Source: Malacoraja senta
Taxonomy: Eukaryota
Direction: 5' to 3'
DNA: 55,354 nt
NCBI GenBank assembly: GCA_038087875.1
Contig: JAXLNO010005631.1
Coordinates: 318,647-374,000, forward strand
Shown here: positions 36,725 to 49,720 of the stretch, in pieces
Layout of the letters: every line of letters starts with the position of its first letter
Position numbering within the stretch: the first letter of the stretch is position 1
Translations under genes and position numbers: made by a program
The notes under the pieces: generated by a model
Seen by the model: only the letters and a program-made list of their open reading frames with translations
What the model was told of the DNA's origin: nothing
Database searches by the model: none

Positions 36725-39715
36725 ATCAAAAATAGATAAACACAATAGGTGCAGGAGTAGACCATTCGGCCCATCGAGCCAGCACCGCCATTTAATGTGA
36801 TCATGGCTGATCATCCCCAATCAGTACCCCGTTCCTGCATTCTCCCCATGTCCCCTGACTCCGCTAACTTTAAGAGCCCTATCTAGCTCGCTCTTGAAAG
36901 TATCCAGAGAACCGGCCTCTGATGCTAATCCCTTCATCTAAATCATTGATGTATATTGTAAACAGATGCGGTTCCAGCACCGAGCCATGCGGTACCCCAC
37001 GAGTCACTGCCTGCCATTCTGAAAGGGACCCGTTAATCCCTAATCTTTGTTTCCTGTCTGCCAACCACTTTTCTATCCATGTCAGCACTCTACCACCAAT
37101 ACCATGTGCTCTAATTTTGCCCACTAATCTCCTATGTGGGACCTTATCAAATGCTTTCCAAAAGTCCAGGTACACTTCATCCACTGGCCCTCCCTTGTCC
37201 ATTTTCCTGGTTACATCCTCAAAAATTCCAGAAGATTAGTTAACCATGATTTCCCCTTCGTCAATCCATGCCGACTCAGACCGATCCTGTTACTGCTATC
37301 CAAATGTGCCGCTATTTCATCTTTTACAATTGACTCCAGCATCTTCCCCACCACCGATGTCAGGCTAACGGGTCTATAATTCACGGTTTTCTCTCTCCCG
37401 CCTTTCTTAAAATGTGGGATAACATTAGCTACGATCCAATCCACAGAACTGATCCTGAAGGCTATAGAATAGACAATACACAATAGACAATAGGTGCTGG
37501 AGTAGGCCATTCGGCCCTTCGAACCAGCACCGCCATTCAATGTGATCATGGCTGATCATCCCCAATCAGTACCCCATACCTGCCTTCTCCCAATATCCCC
37601 TGACACCGCATCTTTAAGAGCCCTATATAGCTCTCTCTTGAAAGTATCCAGAGGACCGGCCTCCATCGCCCTCTGAGGCAGAGAATTCCACAGACTCACA
37701 ACTCTCTGTGAGAAAACGTGTTTCCTCGTCTCTGTTCTAAATGGCTTACCCCTTGTTCGTAAACTGTGGCCCCTGCTTCCTGGACTCCCCCAACATCGGG
37801 AACATGTTTCCTGCCTCTAGCGTGTCCAAACCCTTAATAATCTTATATGTTTCAATAAGATCCCCTCTCATCCTTCTAACTGCAGAGTTTACAAGCCCAG
37901 CCACTCCATTCTCTCAGCATATGACAGTCCCGCCATACCTGGAATTAACCTTGTAAACCTACGCTGCACTACCTCAATAGCAAGAATGTCCTTCCTCAAA
38001 TTAGGGGACCAAAACTGCACACAATACTCCAGGTGTGGTCTCACTAGGCTCTGTACAACTGTAGAATGACCTCTTTGCCTCTTTACTCGAATCCTCTTGT
38101 TATAAAGGCCAACATGCCATTCGCTGCCTACTGTATCTGCATGCTTACTTTCATAGACTGATAAACAAGGACTCTCAGATCCCGTTGTACTTCCCCTTTT
38201 CCCAACTTGACGCCATTTAGATAGTAATCTGCCTTCCTGTTTTTGCCACCAAAGTGGATAATCTCACATTTATCCACTTAAATTTCATCTGCCATGCATC
38301 TGCCCACTCCCCCAACCTGTCCAAGTCACCCTGCATTCTCATAGCATCATCCTCACAGCTCACACCGCACCCAGCTTTGTGTCATCTGCAAATTTGCTAA
38401 TGTTACTTTGAATCCCTTCATCTAAATCATTGATGTATATTGTAAATAGCTGCAGTCCCAGCACCGAGCCTTGCGGTACCCCATTAGTCACTGCCTGCCA
38501 TTCTGAAAGGGACCCGTTAATCCCTACTCTTTGTTTCCTGTCTGCCAACCAATTTTCTATCCATCATTCTATCCCCAATACCATGTGCCCTAATTTTGCC
38601 CACATATCTCCTATGTGGGACCTTATCAAATGCTTTCTGAAAGTCAAAGGTACACTACATCCACTGACTCTCCTTGTCCATTTTCCTAGTTACATCCTCA
38701 AAAAAATCCAGAAGATTGTCAAGCATGATTTCCCCTTCGTAAATCCATGCTGACTGTCCAACCTGTTATTGCTATCCAAATGTGCGGCTATTTCATATGT
38801 TATAATTGACTCCAGCACTTCCCCACCACCGATGTCAGGCTAACTGGTCTATAATTCCCTGTTTTTTATCTCCCCGCCTTTCTTAAAAAGTGGGATAACA
38901 TTAGCTACCCTCCAATCCACAGGAACTGATCCTGTCAATAGAACATTGGAAAATTATCACCAATGCATCCACGATTTCTCGAGCCACTTCATTAAGTACC
39001 CTGGAATGCAGACCATCAGGACCTGGGGATTTATCAGCCTTCAGTCCCATCAATCTACCCAACACCATTTCCTGCCTAATGTGGATTTCCTTCAGTTCCT
39101 CCGTCACCCCAGATCCTATGGCCACTACTATATCAGGAAAGATTGCTTGTGTCCTCCTTAGTGAAGATGGATCCAAAGTACCTGTTCAACTGCCATTTCC
39201 TTGTTCCCCATAATAAATTCACCTTTTCGGTCTTCAAGTGTCCAACTTTGGTCTTAACTAATGTTTTCCTCTTCACATACCTAAAGAAGCTTTTACTATC
39301 CTCCTTTATATTCTTGGCTAGCTTACCTTCGTACCTCATCTTTTCTCCCTGTATTGTCTTTTAAGTTATCTTCTGTTGCTCTTTAAACATTACCCATCCT
39401 CTTGCTTCCCGCTCATCTTTGCTACGTTGTACTTCTCTTTATATTTATACTGTCCCTGATGTACCTTGTCAGCCACGGTCGGCCCTTACTCCCCTTGGAA
39501 TCTTTCTTCCTCGTAGGAATGAACTGATCCTGCACCTTCTGTATTATTCCTGGAATACCTGCCATTGTTCTTCCACGATTGTTTGTGTCCTCCTTAGTGA
39601 AGACGATCCACTGTTCAACTCATCGGCTATTTCCGTGTTCCCCACAATTTCACCTTTTCTGTCTTCAAGGTCCAACTTTGGTATTTACTAATTTTTTCCT
39701 CTTCACATGCCTAAA
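36725..39715 (-). mobile_element. Two nested CR1 fragments interrupting the GPCR pseudogene
   Basis: First piece 36725-37465 is a deleted duplicate of 27065-28450. The second piece starts at a CAATAGACAATAGGTGC tail (about 37480) and runs to the EN-RT linker (ORFs 38360-38548, 38901-39176, 39133-39339). Confidence 0.85.
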
Positions 39716-39719
39716 GATT

Positions 39720-40795
39720 AGATATTAGAGATTATCTGACACAGAGATAATAAGGTAGTTCATATAGTGGGTATGATTACGAATCACGCACCACATAGAT
39801 AGTGACGAGTAAAACAAAGTAAAATACCGAATGGATGTTCATTTAATTCCAGCTTAGCGAAGGCCAGAGGTGTCCACATTGTATCCCTTTGCACACTGGA
39901 CATGAAGTGAACTCTTCTGCATGAAGGTCACTGGGTGATATAATGTAGGCGTGTGTGAAAATGTGAAACATGTCTGGGGTGGTAGACAAAAATGCTGGAG
40001 AAACTCAGGGGGTGAGGCAGCATCTATGGAGCGAAGGAATAGGTAACGTTTCGGGTCGTGTCCCTTCTTCAGACTGCATCTGACTGCATTCAATCCAGCA
40101 TCTGCAGTTCCTTCTTAAACATATGTGGGATGATCAGTGGGGTCTGGATTCCATGTTCCTTACCCAGAGCACACAGACGTCTTACAAATCGACCAATGCT
40201 GCGATCCATCCTATATGTATATACAATGTATATACATTGTATATACATATACAATGTATATATACATATACATTGTATATGTCGTTTTGTTTTAGCAAAT
40301 TAATGCACCGCAATGCAACAAAATCAATGATTCAATTATTCAATGATACTTTATTGCCACATGCACCTAGGCAGTGATATTCTTTATTTTTGCATACAAT
40401 CTAGTAAAATCGCACAACAGACCTCACCTAGGCAGTGCACAAAGAGTCGTCATGTTTCTGCCACTGTGAAAGTTACAAAATGTCTATCGAACAAACATCG
40501 ATGACAGTTCAGTCAAAAGTCAATTTCTTTGCACCTATAGAATCCGTCCTTGAATTAATCATTTAAACATTTAACCATTTAACCTTAGCTGTGATTCGCC
40601 GTTTAATCACAGCTAAGCATTATCGGTATATCCGCTGGAGTCACTTCGCGGTCAATGACACCACTTGTAAATACATGGCTATCTCCATAAACATTGTTCG
40701 TTCAAATTCTACATGGGCAGAAGAATGTACTGCTAATATACTGATCAAAGCCCCTACAACTGTTTTTAAAACAAATGTTATAGGGGTGGGTGACC
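39720..40795 (-). pseudogene. Proximal flytrap part of a second GPRC6A-like copy (5' partner of 36080-36720)
   Basis: Alignable to 19925-20807. ORF 40641-40847 reads KTVVGALISILAVH..FMEIAMYLQVVSL (cf. GFEISVFLQTLAM), followed by IYR*C (cf. IYDTC). Confidence 0.65.
39980..40116. mobile_element. 137-bp Penelope terminal-repeat-derived insertion with about 14-bp target duplication
   Basis: Absent from the paralog (AAACATATCTGGGA at about 20170). Flanked by AAACATGTCTGGGG (39966-39979) and AAACATATGTGGGA (40117-40130). Confidence 0.75.
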
Positions 40796-40859
40796 ATTGA
40801 CGAGATCCAATGACAAAGTCCATTTGACTCTTTTGCATGAAATACACTGGGACAGACTA

Positions 40860-42108
40860 AACTGGAATATTTTAAGGATGTAACAAGCAGAATGCATAAG
40901 GGAGAGCCAGTCGATGTAATATATCTGGACTTTCAAAAAGGTCCCACGCAAAAGATTAGTGTGCAGAATTAGAGCACATGGTATTGGGGATGGTGTATTG
41001 ACATGGATACAGAACTGGTTGGCAGACAAGAAGCAAAGAGTAGGAATTACGGGTCCTTTTGAGAATGGCAGGGAGGGACTAGTGGGTTGCCGCAAGGCAC
41101 AGTGCTGGGGCCCCAGTTACATATAATACATATTAACGAATTAGACAATGGGAATTAAATATAATATCTCCAAGTTTACGGATGACAAAGATTGGTGGCA
41201 GAGTGAACTGAGAGGAGGATGCTATGAGGCTGCAGGGTGACTTGGATAGGTTGGGTGACTGGGCAGATGCATGGCAGCTACAGCGTAATGTGGATAAATG
41301 TGAGGTTATCCACTTTGGTGGCAAGACCAGGAAGGCAGATTATTATCCGAATTGTGTCAGGTTAGGAAATGGAGAGGTTCAACGAGACCTGGGTGTCCTT
41401 GTACATCAGTCACTGAAAGTGAGCATGCAGGTACAGCAGGCAGTAAAGAAAGCCAATGGCATGTTGGCCTTCACTGCAAGAGGATTTGAGATTAGGAGCT
41501 AGGAGGTCCTACGGCAATTGTACAGGGCCGTGGTGAGACCACACCTTGAATATTGTGTGCAGTTTTAGTCTCCTAATTCGAGGAAGGCCATTTGTTCTAT
41601 TGAGGGAGTGCAGCGTAGGTTCCCCAGGTTAATTCCCAGGATGGCAGGACTGACATATGATGAAAGAATGGGTCGACTGGGCTTGTATTCACTGGAATTT
41701 AGAAGGATGAGAGGGAATCTTGTAGAAACATATAAAATTCTTAAGGGATTGGACAGGCTAGATGCAGGAAAAATGCTCCCCTTGTTTGGTGAGTCCAGAA
41801 CCAGGGGTCACAATTTATGAATATGGTGTAGGCCATTTATTACTGAGATGAGGAAAACCTTTTTCACCCAGAGAATTGTGAATCTGTGGAATTCTCTGCC
41901 ACAGAAGGCAGTGGAGGCCAATTCATTGGATGTTTTCGAGAGAGAGTTAGATTTAGCCCCTATGGCTAACGGAATCAAGGGATATGGTGAAAAGCAGGGA
42001 CGGCGTACTGATTTTGGATGATCAGCCATGATCATGTTGAATGGTGGTGCTGACTCGAAAAGCCGAATGGCCTATTCCGGCACCTATTTTCTATGTTTCA
42101 ATGTTTCT
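40860..42108 (+). mobile_element. CR1 RT to 3' tail, degenerate
   Basis: ORFs 41224-41502 and 41608-41820; CTATTTTCTATGTTTC tail. Confidence 0.88.
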
Positions 42109-42399
42109 CAGCCTCATCACCCACAACCAGACCAGGATCATCATGGGTCAGCTTCAGGCTACCTTACTTCCATCCTATAACTGAATACACATATTAGATG
42201 TTGATACAAGTCTCCCGCCTCACACTATCCTCAGCCTTTCAGGCAGAACATGGTTTCCTTCACATTGATATTGGGGTATTGCCAGTTCAGGGAGACGTGG
42301 CGAGAAGTTTAATAATGTTGATATGGAGAGAGCGCTGGGTCAAGGAACTCCCCCCTCCCCATTCCAGCCTTCGGAATGTTCCCACAAACTACAAGTTCT

Positions 42400-43150
42400 A
42401 GATTTCTTTACCTCAAGTGAACGTGGATATAATCTCCATTATATTAGCAAATGACGAGCAGAAAACCATCTGAAACATTAACCGTGCGGTTTGAATCGGT
42501 TGAAGATTTGCATCGCGCACGGCCTAATTCTGTACTGCGTTGGTGGGGACAATTAGATTCTGTTTCTGTCTGTTAGTCTGTAACTTAAACTGGGACTTTC
42601 TGAGATTATTTACATCAATGCGTCGGTCGCGTCCAGCTGTTCTGACATCTAAAATAAACACAAAAACAATGTTCCTCAATGTGTTTTTCGCAACTGACCA
42701 GAAGGATTATTTTCTGGCTGCTACTGGCAGCAATAGTAAAGTGACCTGAGATTTCCCGGACAGGATTATCAGATTTTATTTTGTGCAAAGGGGACAATCG
42801 GTGATTTACCTGCAATACGATGGCAGAGGACAGTAACGGGGCGCTTCTGTGAGAGCAACGTGACACCACTGCGCAGGCTGCTCTTCCACCATGTCCATTT
42901 GCAAGACGATTGAAACCATTTAAACTCAGCACCTTTCATCTTGATCAAAGGAGAGTCAGACTGACCCAAAAATGCAGCATAGATGTAACTACAAAACGTT
43001 TACATTTCAAAATTGAAAATTGAATTATTTGAGAATGCAATATGAACTTTCCAGAGTCTCTATGTCCTAAATATCTCCACAGCCACTCCGAGCTTTAAAA
43101 ATGCTTCCCTGATCAGAATCTAGCGAAATATCAGGCAATATAAACACAAC
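42400..43150 (-). pseudogene. Possible further class C GPCR flytrap remnant
   Basis: ORF 42615-42932: AVVSRCS..IVLQVNH..KSD..HFTI..SQK..EEHCFCVYFR, loosely colinear with AVIG..PQVGY..LSD..SFLRT..Q..VCIAFK. Confidence 0.3.
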
Positions 43151-43499
43151 AGATTCCCATAAACTCTTCGCGATTTTAGCAAGGACGATTGTGGATTAAA
43201 CATCAGCTAGCATTGCAAATGATTATCTGTTTAGTGGGCCAATGTTTCAAGAATGTTTTGCGCAGAGTTGAGACTGGTAGCCGCCTTGGGTGTTAGTGGA
43301 GGCAGATATGACAGTAGCATGTAGATATGTGAGGGATGGAGAGATATAGCACACGTACGACCAGAAACGACGAGTTTTACGTGGCACCATGTTCGGCAAG
43401 ATATTAAGGGCCGACGCGCTTGTTCCTAGGTTGTGCTGCTCTACGTTGCCATAAGTGAACATGTCAAAATGTCGATAGTTTAGTACAATGTGAGCAATG

Positions 43500-44065
43500 T
43501 GTTTCACAACGGCTACACCAATCCACCTAGGCCTACGTGATCTCCCGGTTGCTAAACACTTTACCACCCCACCCCCCACCACCACCCCCACACACACATT
43601 TCCACACAGAGCTCTGTCCTGGGGCCCCTCTACTCTCAGAGTGAGGCCCAACGAACATTGGAGGAACAGCACCTCATATTTCGCTCGGGCAGCTTACAAC
43701 CCAGCGGTTGTAAATGTTGATTTCGCGAACTTCAAAGTAACGCTTGCTTTTCCTCTCTCTCTGTCATTCCCCATCCTAGTTCTCAGACTAGTTTCACTGT
43801 CCTGATTAATTTCACAGATTGTATGCTTTCTTGTCAGCTTCCCCTCAGCCAACAATTAACCATTCTACATTCCCTTAGCATCGTTTACTTTGATAAGCCG
43901 CTTTCACACCTTGCCCTTTCATATCTCTAAACTGTCTCTTCCCATGACTGAAGAAGGGTCTCGACCCGAAACGTCTCCCATACGTTCTCTCCGGAGATGC
44001 TGCCTGTCCCACTGCGTTACTCCAGCATTTTGTGCCGGTGTAAACCAGAACCTGCAGTTCCTTCA
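43500..44065 (+). mobile_element. Penelope-like GIY-YIG end plus terminal repeat
   Basis: DLPVAKHF, LEEQHL-like and NVDFANFK segments, followed by GAAGAAGGGTCTCGACCCGAAACGTC..GAGATGCTGCCTGTCCC. Confidence 0.8.
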
Positions 44066-44189
44066 TAAACAAATCCATGTCTCGGTTAAGTTTAAAATCG
44101 GCATTGCTTCACGTGATTCTGCAGCTGATCCTCATCATGCTCATATTTATCAGTGATATCGCCAAATTACCACTGCAGCGAGATCTGAG

Positions 44190-44500
44190 GTGATTCACGT
44201 CGAGCCACTGACTCGGCGGTAGAGACCCTGGTTCGATCCTGGCCTTGGGGGCTGTCGGCGTGGAGTTTGCAAGTTCTCCCTGTTGCCGAGTGGCCTGCTG
44301 CGGTTTCCTCACACATCCCAAAGCCGTGCGGGATTGTCAGTTAATTGTTCTCTGTAAACTGGCCGAAATATGTGATTAGTGGATAAGAAAGGGGGATGAC
44401 ATAGATCTAGCGTGAATCGGTGTTCGTTGGTCGGCCTGGATTCGGTTGTACGGACCTGTTTCCATGCTATAATCACTCAACTAAACTAAACCAAACCAAA
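44190..44500 (+). mobile_element. V-SINE (HE1-like), degenerate
   Basis: B-box GGTTCGATCC and V-domain-like GTGGAGTTTGCAAGTTCTCCC..GGTTTCCTCACACATCCCAAAG. Confidence 0.75.
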
Positions 44501-44544
44501 CCAAATGTCGCCAATGTTATAACCGCCATTGACCTGCGCCTATT

Positions 44545-44920
44545 TAGAATACATCGAGTTTTGTCTACTTTTTTACGATACTAGGATGTGCACTGTTTCG
44601 ATCCCACCAGGTCTTAAGTGAGTTAGCCGTTTTGTTTACTAAGGTAGTGTTGCTTCTGAATATAATGCACTATCGCCATTTCCTCTATCCAAGAACAAAG
44701 TTCGGCCTCTGTGTAAGCGTTGTCATCGTGGTCACATTCCATTATGTCAGAGCATCAGTCCACTCCACTCCACGTGTTATATTGCTCTGGATCCCATCCA
44801 TATGCACGTTAACCGGTCTCCGTTTACTGCGTATGGCTGTTGGAAATTTTGAATCTTTCATCCATTGTATCAGTATTGGCTCTCTATTTGGGCGTTATGT
44901 CTGATATTGTCATAAGGCTT
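44545..44920 (+). pseudogene. Class C GPCR TM2-TM6 remnant
   Basis: ORF 44632-44904: FTKVVLLL..FLYP (cf. LTKSLKILL..LYRP), VVI..PRVILL (cf. VVI..PRVIIL), AVGNFESF (cf. AFKGKYENY), ISIGSL (cf. ITFGML). Confidence 0.45.
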
Positions 44921-44924
44921 CTGT

Positions 44925-45260
44925 GGCAAAGAATTCCATAGGTTCACCACCCTCCAGTTTGTACGAGTGGGAGAGTCTAGGACTAGAGGTCACAGCCTAA
45001 GAATTAAAGGACGTTCATTTAGGAAGGAGATGAGGAGAAATTTCGTTAATTAGAGGGTCGCGAATCTGTGGAATTCTTGGCCACAGAAGGCTGTTGAGGC
45101 CAAGTCATTGGATATGTTTAAGGCAGAGATAAATAGATTCGTGATTAGTACAGGTATCAGGGATGATGGGGAGAAAGCATGAGAATGGGGTTAGGAAGGA
45201 GATAGATCAGCCATGATTGAATGGCGGAGTAGACCTCATGGGCCGAATGGTCTAATTCTA
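44925..45260 (+). mobile_element. CR1 3' fragment
   Basis: GESRTRGHSLRIKGR-coding DNA and 3' UTR. Confidence 0.8.
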
Positions 45261-45299
45261 TTCATGTGCCTTGTGAACATATGACATTATGACCTCTGA

Positions 45300-47660
45300 C
45301 TGTCGCCTCATCTACTTCCTCAAAGAACGTCCTTTACACTCTGAGGCTCTGACCTCCAGTCCTAGACTCTCTAACTAGTGGAAACATCCTCTCCACATCC
45401 ACTCTCTCCAAGCCTTTCACTATTCTGTATGTTTCAATGAGGTCCCCTCACATTATTCTAAACTCAAGCGACTATCGGCCCAGTGCCAGCAAACACTCAT
45501 CATAGCTTAACCTACTCATTCCAGAGACCATTCTTGTAAACCTCCTCTGGTCCCACTATAGATCCTTCCTCAGAGCTGGTGCCCAAAATTGTTCAGAATA
45601 TTCCAAATGCAGCCTTCCCAGCGCCTTAGCATTTGCATCCCTGTTTTTATATATGAGCCATCTTGAAATAACCGCTAGCATTGAGTTAGCTTTCTTTACT
45701 ACTGATTGGACTTGCAGATTAACTTTTGGGGAATCCTGCACCAGCACTCCAAAGTCCATTTGCATATCCGATTTCTTAGATTATCTCCCCATTTAGAAAC
45801 CAGGCCTACGCCTGTGCTACACAATATTCCGTCTGCCACTTCTCTGCTCACTCACACAACCTGTCTAAGTCCTTCTGCAGAGTCCCTGCTTTCTCTACAA
45901 TACCTGCCCCACCTATTTTCGTATCATCCGCTAACCTGGCCACAAAGCCTTCATTCCCCTCGTCTAAACCATTAATATACAACATGAAGAGCAGCAGCCC
46001 CAGCACCGACCCCTGCGGAACTTCACTAGTCACTGGCAACCTACCGGAAAAAGCCACCTCTATTGCCACTCTTTGCCTTCTGCCATCCCGCCAACCTACT
46101 AGCCATGCTAGTATCTGCCCTTTGATATCGTGGTCTATCATTAGCAGCCTCACTTGCGGCACCTTATCCAAGGCTTTCTGAAAATCTAAGAAAATAATAT
46201 CAATTGACTCTCCTTTGTCTGTTCTGCTATTTACTTCTTCAAAGAATATTAGCAAATTTGTCAAGCAAGACCTCCCCTTCACAAAGCCATGCTGACTTCG
46301 GCCTACTTTATCGTGAACTTCAAAGTACTCTGTAACCATCCTTTATAATGGACGCTAAAATTGTACCAAACACTGAACTGAGACTAACCGGCCTATGGTT
46401 CCCAATATTCTGCTTTGCTTCCTTCATGTGCATTGGGGTAATATTGGCAATTTTCCAGTCATATGGGACTACTGCTGACTCTAGTGATTCTTGAAATATC
46501 GCTATCAGCGCCTCCACAATCTCTAAAGCTAACTCTTTCAGAACCCGAGGATGCAGGGGGTCCGTTCCAGGTGACATCCACCTTCAGCTCCTTCAGCTTC
46601 CCAAGCACCTTCTCCATAGTAATCAGCATTGGCGCTCTCTGTATAATTTACAGGGACCCTATATTTAGTAAATGATGCAGGCTACGGACGCTGTACATTT
46701 GGCTTTATGTCTGATATTAAGTTCATCAATTCATAAGTGAAGGGAGCAGAATCAAGTAAGTTAGTCATGGCTGATCTATCTCTACCTCCTGTCCCCAATC
46801 GCCTGTCTTCTCCCCATAAGTCCTGACATCCGTACTAATCGAGAATCTATCAATTTCTTCCTAAATATATCCATTCACTTGGCCTCCGCAGCCTTCTGTG
46901 GCAAGGCATTCCACAGATTATCCACCCTCTAACTTACGAAATTCATTTTCATCTCTTTCCTAAAGGAACGTCCTTCTGAAGCTAGGACCTCTGTTCCTAA
47001 ACTCTCCCACTAGTTGAAATATCTTCTCTCCATCAAATCTATCCAAGCCTTTCACTATTCGGTAACTTTGAATAAGCCCCTACCTCCATCCTTATAACCA
47101 ACGAGTACAGGCCCAGTGCCGTCAAACTATCATCATTTGTTAACCCACTCATTCCCGGCATCATTCTTGTAAACCTCCTCTGGACCCTCTCCATAGCCAC
47201 CACATCCTTCCTCAGAAATGGGGCCCAGAATTAATCAAAATGCTCCATATGCAGCCTGACCGGCTCCTTATACAACCTCAGCATGATATCCCTACTTTTG
47301 TATTCTAGTCCTCTTGAAATAAACGTAACATAGTTTCTGTTTTCACTACACTACCTGCCCTTCTAACTATTTTCGTATAATCTGCAACCTTGGCCACAAA
47401 TCGTTCAATCCCCTCATCCAAATCATTAATATACAACATGAACAGTAGCGGCCCCAGCACCGATCGCTGCGGAACTTCGCTAGTCACTGGCAGCCAACCA
47501 AAAAAAAGCACTTTTCCTTCTGCCATCCAGCCAAACTGCTATCCATGCTAGTATCGCCCTTTGACACCACAAGCACTCGTCTTCCTTCGCAGTCTCGCGT
47601 GTGGCACCTTATCAAAGTCCTTCTGAAAATCTATTTAAACAACATTCACTGACTCTCCTT
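45300..47660 (-). mobile_element. Two old CR1 fragments in tandem
   Basis: ORFs 45556-45765, 45848-46339, 46320-46577 and 47305-47526. Confidence 0.8.
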
Positions 47661-47671
47661 TTCAAAGAATT

Positions 47672-49720
47672 ACATAGAAACATAGAAAGTAGGTGCAGGA
47701 GGAGGCCATTCAGCCCTTCGAGCCAGCACCGCCATTCATTGTGATCATGGCTGATCGTCCCCAATCAATAACCCGTGCCTGCCTTCTCCCTATATCCCTT
47801 GATTCCACTAGCCCCTAGAGCTCTAACTCTCTCTTAAATCCATCCAGTGAATTGGCCTCCACTGCCCTCTATGGCAAGGAATTCGACAAATTCACAACTC
47901 TCTGGGTGAAAACGTTTTTTCTCACCTCAGTCTTAAATGGCCTCCCCTTTATTCTAAGACTGTGGCCCCTGGTTCAGGACTCGCCCAACATTGGGAACAT
48001 TTTTCCTGCATCTAGCTTGTCCAGTCCTTTTATGATTGTATATGTTCCTATAAGATTCCCCCTCATCTTTTTAAACTCCAGTGAATACAAGCCTAGTCTT
48101 TTCAATCTTTCAATCTCATATGACAGTCCTGCCATCCCAGGTATCAATCTTGTGAACCTACTCTGCACTGCCTCAATTAAAAGGATGTCCTTCCTCAAAT
48201 TAGGAGACCAAAACTGTACGCAATACTCCAGATGTGGTCTCACCAGAGCCCTCTGCAACTGCAGAAGAACCTCTCTACTCCTATACTGAAATACTCTTGT
48301 TTTGAAGACCAACATTCCATTAGTTTTCTTCGCTGCCTGCTGTACCTGCACGCCAACTTTCAGTGACCGGTGTACAAGGACACCCAGGTCTCGCTGTACC
48401 TCCCCCTTACCTAACCTAACCCCATTGAGATAATAATCTGCCCCCTTGTGTTTGCCACCAAAGGGGATAACCTCACATTTATCTATATTATACTGCAACT
48501 GCCACGCATCTGCCCACTCACTCAACCTGTCCAGGTCAACCTGCAACCTACTAACATCCTCTTCACAGTTCACACTGCCACCTAGCTTTGTGTGATCCGC
48601 AAACTTGCTAGTGTTGCTGCTAATTCCCTCTTCAAACTCATTAATATTTATGGTAAACAGTTGCGGCCCCAACACAGAGCCTTGTGGCACTCCACTCGCC
48701 ACTGCCTGCCATTCTGAAAAGGACCCGTTCACTCCTACTCTTTGCTTCCTGTCTGCCAACCAATTTTCTATCCACGTCAACACCCTACCCCCAATACCAT
48801 GTGCTCTAATTTTAGTCACCAGTCTCCCGTGCGGGACCTTATCAAAGGCTTTCTGAAAGCCTAGATACACTACATCCACTGGCTCCCCTTCATCCATTTT
48901 ACTTGTCACATCCTCAAAAAATTCCAGATTAGTCAAGCATGATTTTCCTTTCATAAATCCATGCTGACTTGGACTAATCCTATTACTGTTATCCAAATGC
49001 CCCATTATTACCTCTTTAATAATTGACTCCAGCATTTTTCCCACCACCGAAGTCAGGCTAACTGGTCTGTAATTCCCCGTTTTCTCTCTCGCTCCTTTCT
49101 TGAAAAGTGGGATAACATTAGCTATCCTCCAATCCACAGGAACTGATCCTGAATCTACTGAACATTGGAAAATGATCACCAATGCGTCCACTATTTCTAG
49201 AGCCACCTCCCTGAGGACCCTGGGATGGAGTCCATCAGGCCCCGGGGATTTATCATCCTTCAGTCCCATTAGCCTAACCAATACTATCTCTTGCCTAATG
49301 AAAAATTATTTCAGTTCCTCGACCCCCTTAGATCCTCTGTCCTCCAGTACTTCTGGTAGATTGTTTGTGTCTTCCTTAGTGAAGACCGATCCGAAGTACC
49401 TGTTCATCTCTTCTGCCATTTCCTTGTTGCCCATAATAATTTCACGCGTGTCTGCCTTCAAGGGACCCACATTTTACTTTGCTACTCTTTTTCCCTTAAC
49501 ATATCTAAAGAAGCTTTTACTGTCCTTCTTTATATTCCTGGCCAGCTTCCCTTCATACTTCATCTTTTCAGCCCGTATTGCCCATTTTGTTTCCTTCTGT
49601 TGTCCTATGAAAGTATCCCAATCTTCTGGCTTCCGGCTACTCTTTGCTGTGTTATACATCTTTTCTTTTAGTTTTATTCTATCCCTAACTTCTCTTGTCA
49701 GTGGATACATCAGGCAAACC
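47672..49720 (-). mobile_element. CR1 with long RT frame (435 aa); catalytic motif mutated
   Basis: ORF 47974-49281 has FADH in place of FADD; ACATAGAAACATAGAAA tail at about 47672-47688. Confidence 0.92.
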
